Positions 47,606-55,157 of a stretch of DNA of 64,000 nt are shown one piece after another. Source of the stretch: a virus; the IMG/VR virus record IMGVR_UViG_3300042402_007915, positions 83,226 to 147,225 of that record. One strand, 5' to 3'. How positions within the stretch are numbered: the first letter of the stretch is position 1; the number at the start of each line of letters is the position of its first letter. The notes beneath the pieces were generated by a model that saw nothing but the letters and a program-made list of their open reading frames with translations, was not told the DNA's origin and did no database searches. Both the position numbers and the translations under genes were made by a program.

Positions 47606-47945
47606 GTAGAAACATCAGATTACACATAGCATGGGCAAGATGAGACAACCCGCTTTCAGGATCCTTCTTCTCTCCGGTGATCCAGGAGTAGAGATGCCTA
47701 AAGGTCGCAGAGATGAACCTCTCATGCTGAGGGTTGTTGCGCCAATTATCAGGTCCATATTTAGAAGCGCCAAAGGTAACAACCTGTACAATCTGCTCCA
47801 TAGCCTTAAAGGGGACCAAGTCCCAACGGCTCTTTCCCTGATCCGCTTTAACGAAAACAGGAGGCAGGCCTTCAGTGTTGGGAAGTATGTCCACCTTCCA
47901 GGGTTCCTTTGGTAAAGGGTGTGGGCCGCTGAAGTCTTTATTCAT
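47541..47945 (-). CDS. dATP/dGTP diphosphohydrolase domain protein (DUF5664-like)
   Basis: KADQGKSRWDLVP, FGASKYGPDNW, RH...W..GE..DPESGLSHLAHA. Confidence 0.85.
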   Translation of the reverse strand: MNKDFSGPHPLPKEPWKVDILPNTEGLPPVFVKADQGKSRWDLVPFKAMEQIVQVVTFGASKYGPDNWRNNPQHERFISATFRHLYSWITGEKKDPESGLSHLAHAMCNLMFLLECEIERRGTNGLSYSKSKPD

Positions 47946-48514
47946 AGCTGTGACTCCTTAGAATCCTTTATGAGCTTACGCTCTTCGTAGACCTTGAACG
48001 ATACCTTCATGTCTTTGCAAGCGTCCCTAATCGCACGCTGACGGGTTGAGAGGGTAGCATTGCCCGACTTGACCTCAACCAAATAAATACCACGCAAAGT
48101 GGAAGCACGGCCCTCAATCATATCTGACAAACCATCGAACACAACGAAGTCAATGGGGTCACCAAAGAACCGGAAGTCACGAGGATTGAAATCGGTCTGA
48201 ATGAAAGGGAGATAGGCCTCAAAGGCAAACCCCTGCAAAACAGCACGAGACTTCTTAACTGCGTCCTCACGGGCGGCAGTGATCTCTGCAGCTCTAGTTC
48301 TTTTGAGTTCAGCAATCGTATTGAAATCTTCATTATGAGTGGTGAGGTACCACTTAGCTTCTTCTCTCAGCGTTGCAATTGTATCCTGAGTACGATCAAG
48401 CTCTGACTTGAGTCTTACGGTTTGTCGCCATAGATACCCAAGATAAATAAAGCCACCAATAAAGCTAAAAGCAAGAAGACAAGCCAATAGTTCAAACATC
48501 TTCCTCCAAGGCAA
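47942..48514 (-). CDS. Membrane-anchored Holliday-junction-resolvase-like endonuclease (Endonuc_Holl type)
   Basis: N-terminal TM, coiled coil, SRAVLQG...E, FFGDPIDFVVFDG, VEVKSG...LS..Q. Confidence 0.8.
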   Translation of the reverse strand: MPWRKMFELLACLLAFSFIGGFIYLGYLWRQTVRLKSELDRTQDTIATLREEAKWYLTTHNEDFNTIAELKRTRAAEITAAREDAVKKSRAVLQGFAFEAYLPFIQTDFNPRDFRFFGDPIDFVVFDGLSDMIEGRASTLRGIYLVEVKSGNATLSTRQRAIRDACKDMKVSFKVYEERKLIKDSKESQL

Positions 48515-49163
48515 GATCGTCTTCTACGGGTGACACTCTGCACTTGTAGACGTTACGATCAAAGAAGATGTTGCCATTAACGGCTAAGAACTCAGCGATT
48601 GATTTACCAAGCGTAGAAGCAGCCGCCTCATTTTCTGAGACAGTATTCATCCCAGGGATCGAAGACAGCTCATCAAGATAGAGCCGACCCAATGCTGTAT
48701 AGAAACCCTCTACGTCTTTAGAGTCGCCCCTAAGACGCATAACGGCATTCTCCTTATCATTGGACGGGGTCTTACAGTTGAAGATAACCCGCCAAGCTGT
48801 AGTCTTGTAGACGAATACTTCTGGGACCTTAAGCATATCTTTGACCTCCTGGTCGACTACGGCCTTAGCTTCATTCTCAAGGTAGTCCTGCAATTTCTTG
48901 AGATCAACCTTATTTGTGTGGAGAGAAGACTTAAGGGCCTGAACAATATTGATTGGTTTTTCTTCGTCGTCCAAGAAGTACTTGAACGTATAATCCGTAG
49001 AGGCAAATACCCTCTGAGCTAACCAAAGGTGTAAACCGGTAGCTCTCTTCATCCTGTAACGCACAGGAATCAAAGAGTAGAAGTCAGTTCGGGCCTGATT
49101 GATTACCTGGAGAAGTAAGAAGTAGAAGTCTCGCTCATGCTTCTCTGGCGGCAATATAGTCAT
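48492..49163 (-). CDS. Hypothetical protein
   Basis: Coupled 223-aa ORF. Confidence 0.6.
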   Translation of the reverse strand: MTILPPEKHERDFYFLLLQVINQARTDFYSLIPVRYRMKRATGLHLWLAQRVFASTDYTFKYFLDDEEKPINIVQALKSSLHTNKVDLKKLQDYLENEAKAVVDQEVKDMLKVPEVFVYKTTAWRVIFNCKTPSNDKENAVMRLRGDSKDVEGFYTALGRLYLDELSSIPGMNTVSENEAAASTLGKSIAEFLAVNGNIFFDRNVYKCRVSPVEDDLALEEDV

Positions 49164-49738
49164 TGTAGCTTCTGCTCAAGGTGAAGCATAAATGAAACCT
49201 GCTCAAGAGACTTGCGCACCTCAATCAAAGTCTCTCGGCTGTCCTTGAAGAAAGTCTTGAGAATATGACTGCCTGCTTTGACGTAAGCATAGTCAACAAG
49301 GGTCTCGGCCATTTGGTTTAGAACACCAGCAGCCGGTCTCTTGGCTCCACGCTTCTCGTAGATATCAACGAGTGCATTTACAATCTCAGAACGCTTAACG
49401 CTTGCCGAAGCCTCAAGAGAGGTCTGTGTTGCATTAGCGGCAGCATACAAGTTGTTGGCTCTCTGGATATTACGAGCAATCCTCAAGTGAAGTTCAACAA
49501 CAACCTCTGGAGAGAGAGAAGATCTCTTAAGAGGAATCTCAACGTATAATTCTTGGCGCCACTCATTAAGCGTCTTGCCATTGAATACATAGCCGTCCAT
49601 GAACATGCTTGTTAGAGCGTTCTGTTCATCTACGCGAGCCAGGATGAGAGAAATAAGCTCTTCGGAAGAAACCGGTTCAATCTCAGTAGCAATTTCCTGG
49701 CCAATAGTCCTTGTGTCTTTTGTATCTTCGTCTGACAT
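49160..49738 (-). CDS. Helical hypothetical protein (possible recombination mediator)
   Basis: Long helices in a recombination neighbourhood; the function is inferred only. Confidence 0.4.
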   Translation of the reverse strand: MSDEDTKDTRTIGQEIATEIEPVSSEELISLILARVDEQNALTSMFMDGYVFNGKTLNEWRQELYVEIPLKRSSLSPEVVVELHLRIARNIQRANNLYAAANATQTSLEASASVKRSEIVNALVDIYEKRGAKRPAAGVLNQMAETLVDYAYVKAGSHILKTFFKDSRETLIEVRKSLEQVSFMLHLEQKLQ

Positions 49739-49756
49739 CAGCTCTCCGAAAAGAAA

Positions 49757-49789
49757 AGAATAGGAGGAGGCAAAGCCTCCTCCTATTCT
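49757..49789 (-). terminator. Intrinsic terminator after spoVG
   Basis: 15-bp perfect stem AGAATAGGAGGAGGC-AAA-GCCTCCTCCTATTCT with a U-tract on -. Confidence 0.85.
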
Positions 49790-49799
49790 CTTGTGTTTA

Positions 49800-50237
49800 C
49801 TACCAGTCTACGCTACGAGTCTTGGCTGCAGGTTTGGCCGGAGCCGCTGCAGCGGCAGGACGGTTGTTCAGCTTGCTCTGGGCGTTAGCTGCCGCACGGT
49901 TCCTATCATCGGTCTTAGCTGGAGTCGCCTTGCCCTTTGAAGAACCGTTAGCAGCCGCAAGGTAGTCCTGGAGGATCTGCTCCTTTACGGCACGGCCACA
50001 GGGGCTGTCACGCTCGCCCTCCTCGCGCTCATCAATGAAACGGACCTGGTCGTAATACTTCTCATTACCTTCCTTGTCCTTTCCCTTGTTAGAGGGAGGG
50101 GCGACAAACAGCTCGCCGCTCTTGCTTTCAACAACCTTGAAGCCACCGACCTCAAGGGTATCGTCGACAATCAGACTGACCATAGCCTTAACATTTCCAC
50201 TACCCTGAAGAACACTGATACGAGTTTTGAATTCCAT
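49800..50237 (-). CDS. spoVG: SpoVG-family nucleic-acid-binding protein with long C-terminal tail
   Basis: GNVKAMVSLIVDD..EVGGFKVVE...ELFVAPPS...YYDQV; ATG at 50237. Confidence 0.85.
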   Translation of the reverse strand: MEFKTRISVLQGSGNVKAMVSLIVDDTLEVGGFKVVESKSGELFVAPPSNKGKDKEGNEKYYDQVRFIDEREEGERDSPCGRAVKEQILQDYLAAANGSSKGKATPAKTDDRNRAAANAQSKLNNRPAAAAAPAKPAAKTRSVDW

Positions 50238-50265
50238 TTTACACCTTCTATTTCTTATGTAATGT

Positions 50266-50439
50266 TTAGCACTTCTTCGCATTAAAGGCTTCGTCGTAGC
50301 CTTCCCAATAAGCTCGTCGCATCTCTTCCTTCAAATCGCTAACCGAACTGACGCCGAGGCGAGAAAGCTCTTTGGTTGCAGTCCTGACGATAGAAGAGGT
50401 GGCTGTGCGTAGAACGGTATTTAGTACAATCTGAAACAT
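50266..50439 (-). CDS. Small hypothetical protein (57 aa, not in the ORF track)
   Basis: MFQIVLNTVLRT...WEGYDEAFNAKKC fills the gap; GGAG SD upstream. Confidence 0.5.
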   Translation of the reverse strand: MFQIVLNTVLRTATSSIVRTATKELSRLGVSSVSDLKEEMRRAYWEGYDEAFNAKKC

Positions 50440-50441
50440 GT

Positions 50442-50708
50442 TTACTCCGATTCTTGTATTGTGACTTTATTCTTCCTCAGGAAGAGTGAGTAATAGTAGC
50501 CAAGCCTAAAGGCTACAAGAAGCAAATTCCCCAGACTCATGTGTCCTAGAGAAGAAGTGTCTCGGCCCAAGAGGCTTAAATAGTTAGTGACCAACAGGTC
50601 ACAAGAACGGTCGTCCTTACGGTCAAGCTGCCCAAGTAAAAACTCAAACAGCTCGGACTGCGTAAAGACAACGTTATTCTCGCCGGCCTCAACGACCCAC
50701 TTGGTCAC
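50442..50708 (-). CDS. Hypothetical protein
   Basis: GTGA-coupled ORF. Confidence 0.6.
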   Translation of the reverse strand: MTKWVVEAGENNVVFTQSELFEFLLGQLDRKDDRSCDLLVTNYLSLLGRDTSSLGHMSLGNLLLVAFRLGYYYSLFLRKNKVTIQESE

Positions 50709-51136
50709 GCAGAGAAGCCCAGAATTCGAGGAAAGGCTTCACGAAGAATGAAACGCAGGGACTCCATCTCGTTATCAGAGAGGAACACAAAGCCGCGCTC
50801 ATCCTTATTCACTCCAGACAAAGCAACCTGCCAACCACTATCCTTGCCAGGAGCGATTGACAGAGACTTATTGCCATTAGGGGTCTTATGGAAGAGCTTA
50901 CACTCAGGACCCCAGATGATAGCAGTAAGGTCGGGCTGACCAAGAGCAAAAGTAACCTTCTTATCCCACATGTAAGTGGGAGTCTCTGCTGTTTTGTTAT
51001 CAGGATCACCTGGCCCTAGAGTGACAAGAACTGCGCCTGTCTTCTCAAGGAATCCCTTCGCGTTGAACTTGGGATCGATAATCTGAATCTGAAGAGCACC
51101 GCTCTTCTTGTAGAAGTCCATCTGACCATTAGGCAT
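50705..51136 (-). CDS. Whirly-like ssDNA-binding protein
   Basis: FYKKSGAL...P.F...G.VL...P...YMWDKKVTFAL...LFH...E...PRILGF follows the plant Whirly consensus. Confidence 0.65.
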   Translation of the reverse strand: MPNGQMDFYKKSGALQIQIIDPKFNAKGFLEKTGAVLVTLGPGDPDNKTAETPTYMWDKKVTFALGQPDLTAIIWGPECKLFHKTPNGNKSLSIAPGKDSGWQVALSGVNKDERGFVFLSDNEMESLRFILREAFPRILGFSA

Positions 51137-51423
51137 TACAATTTCTCCTTATCTTTAACTAACCATTCTAATGTATTTAAGCCTTGGTAGATCATAGCAG
51201 TGGCGAGAGTCTCGCCGTTTTTATTTCTTTCTTTCAGGTAAACCTCAAAGACTTCTTGGAGAGTGGTGATCTCCTCTCCATTAGAGCGAAATGTTTCTGT
51301 ATGCTCTAAACCAGATCTTATCAAAACATTGGAAATAATAGCAAGCTGTTCCGTGAGGGGAGAGCTTGCTATTATCCGTAATACGGCTTTAACCAGTAAT
51401 TCTTGTCTTTCTGTAGTAGTCAT
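51136..51423 (-). CDS. Hypothetical protein
   Basis: Coupled ORF. Confidence 0.55.
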   Translation of the reverse strand: MTTTERQELLVKAVLRIIASSPLTEQLAIISNVLIRSGLEHTETFRSNGEEITTLQEVFEVYLKERNKNGETLATAMIYQGLNTLEWLVKDKEKL

Positions 51424-52273
51424 TCATATCCGATGCAAGAGTACAAATAGCTGAACGGTACTGAGTCTTTAGCTGACTCAACGAAGAAAGAGGACTAAGC
51501 ATAAACGGCTCACTCTTAAGTAGAACCGACATGCCAGCAGGATCGTCCTTAGTAAACGTAACGTCAGCCTGAGTTGGATCTCCCAATAGAATCAGCTTGC
51601 TGTTTTGTCCGACACGAGAGATCAACGTATTAAGCTGATGCCAACTCATGTTCTGAAACTCATCAACAATGATTACAGAGTTATCGTACGTGTTGCCTCT
51701 CATGAGCTCAACAGGTACGAACTTCAATGCCTCTCTATTCTTCCCTGCAGCCAAATATGAAGTAGCTCTGGAGCCAAGGATTTTCCTGACAATGATCTCG
51801 AACGATTCGAGATAAGGTGCGTACTTCTCGTTGATGTCTCCAGGTACAGGACCGAAAGCCTTACCACTACCTACCATGACTGCTGGCTTTGAAAGAATAA
51901 TCTGAGTGTCCTTAAGGGTCTGCTGTGCATGCAAAGCATAAGCCATAGCAAGAAGAGTCTTGCCAGTACCTGCTGGACCAATACAAACATTCAAAGGAAT
52001 AGTGGGGTTAGTTAGGGCATCACAAAAAGCGCCTTGGTTGAGACCCTTGGGAGCGATGTCCCCAACCTTAGTAGAGTTTTGCCGTAACAAGAAGCGCCCG
52101 TCGCCAGCATGACGAACCAAAGCGGTTCTCTTGTTATCGGTATAAGACCTAAGGTTCATGTAAGAATTAACTGGCAATGATGTAGGCAGGTCCAAATGAA
52201 CTGCACCTTGAGCAAAGGCTGCATCAATCGCCTCTCCATCAACGCCAATTTCTTCAACTAAATAAGACTCCAT
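51389..52273 (-). CDS. phoH: PhoH-family ATPase
   Basis: GPAGTGKT, MRGNTY, DEFQN, SRVGQNSK, GDPTQ. Confidence 0.9.
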   Translation of the reverse strand: MESYLVEEIGVDGEAIDAAFAQGAVHLDLPTSLPVNSYMNLRSYTDNKRTALVRHAGDGRFLLRQNSTKVGDIAPKGLNQGAFCDALTNPTIPLNVCIGPAGTGKTLLAMAYALHAQQTLKDTQIILSKPAVMVGSGKAFGPVPGDINEKYAPYLESFEIIVRKILGSRATSYLAAGKNREALKFVPVELMRGNTYDNSVIIVDEFQNMSWHQLNTLISRVGQNSKLILLGDPTQADVTFTKDDPAGMSVLLKSEPFMLSPLSSLSQLKTQYRSAICTLASDMNDYYRKTRITG

Positions 52274-52304
52274 TCTTTCTATCCTCCTGGATGAGACGAA
52301 ATAT

Positions 52305-52331
52305 AAGGCCCCCTTACAAGAAGGGAGCCTT
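52305..52331 (-). terminator. Probable terminator ending the Ubl operon
   Basis: AAGGCCCCCTT-ACAAG-AAGGGAGCCTT imperfect hairpin, then ATATTT on -. Confidence 0.55.
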
Positions 52332-52336
52332 GAGTA

Positions 52337-52630
52337 CTAGCAGGTGCCTACAAGGGCAGCGTGCGTGATAAATGGAACAAGAGAGAAAGCTCCCTTGACG
52401 GACTTGTTGACACCAATCTCCGACCAAGCGCGGAGGGTAGTGCCAGCAAAACTGGCCTCGGGGATGGGAGTCCCGTCGACGTCGACGTCGTACTTCTGGC
52501 CGCCGGGGTTCCAGTCGGCCAGGGCCTTGGCGATCGTGGGATCGCTGAAGACCTGGCGAAGAGTGCCGTTCTCGGGGAGTTCAACGGGAAGCTTGCGACC
52601 ACCAGGGGTCAGGGTGACGATTACTCGCAT
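52337..52630 (-). CDS. Ubiquitin-like (beta-grasp) protein with C-terminal extension
   Basis: MRVIVT...VELPENGTLRQV...VDG......LRAWSEIGV..VKGA plus a 16-aa tail; adjacent to E1. Confidence 0.7.
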   Translation of the reverse strand: MRVIVTLTPGGRKLPVELPENGTLRQVFSDPTIAKALADWNPGGQKYDVDVDGTPIPEASFAGTTLRAWSEIGVNKSVKGAFSLVPFITHAALVGTC

Positions 52631-53388
52631 GTTTGATCCTTACGATGACGTGTAGTAACGGAGATTCCGTTTGTACAGTCAATAATGATCTGTAGCGGGA
52701 ACTTGAAATCGGTAGACTCAGAAGCTTCCCACTCTCGAACGCACTCGACGAAGAGATGGGTAGCAGAACCGACTAGGAGAGAGACCGGCGCCGGACAAAT
52801 CTTCATCGTACAAGGGAGCTCAGTAACCTCGTTATCATCCTTCAAGGTATGATACCACGCCTCGTTAGTCTCAAGACTCTCGAGGGGGTACAAGAAGAAG
52901 GAGCGGCCAAAATCGAAACCCAAGCGGAAGTCGATAATGACCGGAACGATTGCGCCGGACTCTCGTACGAGCTTCCTAATCTGATCAACGATTGAACGCC
53001 GAGCAGAGAAGGAGTCAACACCCAAGAAGACGAAGCCGCCACGACCAGTCTTGTGAGCCATATCGGTAGTCTCGGTGAACTTACCGTGAAGGTGACAGAC
53101 GATGTCGGACCGGAAATCAGTAAGAACAAACTCAAGCGCTTCGGTCTTAAGCATACCAATCTGGTAGCGACCAAAGGCCTGATTGGCACAGTTGTAGTCT
53201 TCGACTACATCTCCGTCGTAAAGATGAAACTCGGTAAACCCGAGTCGAGCAAGCAACATAGCTGCATTGCTTCCAACAGCTCCACACCCTACGATGTGGA
53301 TAGGAGGCCGATCCTTCTTCTCCCCGAACCAAGCTGAATGCCTGGTGAAGGAAGGTTCAGGTGTAACCCTATCGTCTTGTCTTTTCAT
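52621..53388 (-). CDS. E1/ThiF-family Ubl-activating enzyme
   Basis: VGCGAVGS, YDGDVVEDYNCANQ, K.EAL, GVDSFSARR, DFR.G, and candidate catalytic ELPC. Confidence 0.9.
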   Translation of the reverse strand: MKRQDDRVTPEPSFTRHSAWFGEKKDRPPIHIVGCGAVGSNAAMLLARLGFTEFHLYDGDVVEDYNCANQAFGRYQIGMLKTEALEFVLTDFRSDIVCHLHGKFTETTDMAHKTGRGGFVFLGVDSFSARRSIVDQIRKLVRESGAIVPVIIDFRLGFDFGRSFFLYPLESLETNEAWYHTLKDDNEVTELPCTMKICPAPVSLLVGSATHLFVECVREWEASESTDFKFPLQIIIDCTNGISVTTRHRKDQTCE

Positions 53389-55157
53389 GCCAACCCCGCA
53401 GCAAACTCTTCCCAGCCCGCAAAAGGATTCTGATCGTCCTTTTCAGCGGTATCGGGAACTGGAACGAGTGACGTCGTCAAAGCCTTTTGAACTGACCCGC
53501 CCGAAGGGACAGAATCAGAACCAGACTCAAAGATATAGGTAAGGCGGAAGACATCGTTCTTGAACGAGTCGATAAGGATATCTACAGTATCCGTCAGCAT
53601 CCTTTGCGAGAGGGCATCCGGAGAAACCATAAAGGTGGCAAGCTGGAAGGCGTAGAAATAAACCATGAACGAATGAGTAGTGATGTTCTGATCGTTCAAG
53701 TGAGCAGCAAATTTAGCTCGGTTAGGATGAGTAGTAACAGAGTTCTGCTTAATGGTTTCACAAATGCTAGTGATATACTCAATGCTTAGAACCTGAGTAA
53801 GAACGGCTTTCAGGCTGTTAACAACGACAGTAGCTTCAGTGGCGGTCGTGGTAGCGTCTTTGCGGAAGAGGAAAGTACCGAGTAGATGCGAGAAATTAAG
53901 GAAGTGCAAGAAGACTTCGTCCTTATGCAAATCGTTTACGGTCGCATTGCTGAACGTGTACGAATATTCCTGGTTAACAAAGTAGGAATAGACCTGCTTC
54001 TCTGTCTCAAGTTTCCGTACGTTCTGGGTGTCATAGAAACACTCAAAGAAGCAAAGAAAGACTCGGTAGAGAGAATCTGTGCGATGCTTATAGGCTTGCG
54101 CCTCAAGCATCTTGCCGTAAAGGCCAAGCATTGGGGTTCGCCATTCGCAAACCGAGAGAAGATCGAAGGGCGTGTAAGTAGTGGAAGCATGGCCAAAGGA
54201 CTTCATCCCCTGGCTCTTTTGAAAGTCTTCAATAAGTTCGCAAGCATCATCAACGGCTTCAATGCAAGTGGCTGCTCCAGCAAGCTCTTCTTGCACATTG
54301 ACAGTAGGCCTAAAGGTACTATAGGTACCAAAGGTGTCAAAGAGCTTCCGGTAAGCATCGAATAGAGGCGGAGAAGACAAGGAGATCGGAGTCTTCGTGC
54401 TATCGCTTTTGGAAGAACTCGAGCTCTTGCTCGTCCCGTATCCCTGCCACTGCTGAGAAGAATAAGTGGTGGCCTTAGGCCTGACGCGACTCTTGCAAAC
54501 TTCGGTCAGGCCTTGGGAAAAACCCGGATCAAGCAACTGAACCGGAATAGCCTCGAGTTCGCGACCGATCTCTGCATCCCGAATGCGAACGAATAGCTGT
54601 CCGTCAAGGTTGAAAATAAGCATCGCACAAACGGGAGAGTCGGTGAAAGCAGACTTCCACTCCTCCCACTGAGTGTTATCCGTGCCCGAAGGGGTTGCGG
54701 TCATCTTTACGTGGGAATGACACCACGTATTGTAAGACCGGAAGTACTCATTGGCACGCTCCATGCGCGTGCCGTATTCTTCGAAGCTGATAACTTCTAC
54801 GGTGTTCGGCTCACTGCCGGCAACAGTAACCGTAGTATCGTCACGCTCAAGGCGAAGACAACCAAAGCGGCGCTCAATATCCTTGCCAAGCTTGGGAGCA
54901 TCCACAGCGTTGGACTCAACGTAGGTGCCCTGAACTTCTTGCCAAGGAACCTCGGGGACACCCTTGAATCGGTAAATCACTTCTTCAGCATTGCGTCGAG
55001 CAACCTCGAGCTGAAGATAGAACTGAATCTCAGAGGGAGGGGTCAACCCTCCGGCGTAGCCGCAAACCGCAAGCGCGTCGATCCACGTCTGTGTATCCAT
55101 AAACGCCCTGGGGGTCGGCTTGACAAGAAAAGTCCCTTGCATCTTAGGACTAAGCAT
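53385..55157 (-). CDS. JAB/MPN+ metallopeptidase with large C-terminal helical domain
   Basis: ATG at 55157 (GGAGG SD); SEIQF Glu, QEV, WCHSHVKMTATPSGTD. Confidence 0.8.
   Translation of the reverse strand: MLSPKMQGTFLVKPTPRAFMDTQTWIDALAVCGYAGGLTPPSEIQFYLQLEVARRNAEEVIYRFKGVPEVPWQEVQGTYVESNAVDAPKLGKDIERRFGCLRLERDDTTVTVAGSEPNTVEVISFEEYGTRMERANEYFRSYNTWCHSHVKMTATPSGTDNTQWEEWKSAFTDSPVCAMLIFNLDGQLFVRIRDAEIGRELEAIPVQLLDPGFSQGLTEVCKSRVRPKATTYSSQQWQGYGTSKSSSSSKSDSTKTPISLSSPPLFDAYRKLFDTFGTYSTFRPTVNVQEELAGAATCIEAVDDACELIEDFQKSQGMKSFGHASTTYTPFDLLSVCEWRTPMLGLYGKMLEAQAYKHRTDSLYRVFLCFFECFYDTQNVRKLETEKQVYSYFVNQEYSYTFSNATVNDLHKDEVFLHFLNFSHLLGTFLFRKDATTTATEATVVVNSLKAVLTQVLSIEYITSICETIKQNSVTTHPNRAKFAAHLNDQNITTHSFMVYFYAFQLATFMVSPDALSQRMLTDTVDILIDSFKNDVFRLTYIFESGSDSVPSGGSVQKALTTSLVPVPDTAEKDDQNPFAGWEEFAAGLA

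Noticed and set aside
52337-53388. ThiS/ThiF or MoaD/MoeB cofactor biosynthesis
   Set aside because: No thiamine, molybdopterin or cysteine-synthase genes are nearby, and the JAB and E2-like neighbours favour protein conjugation.
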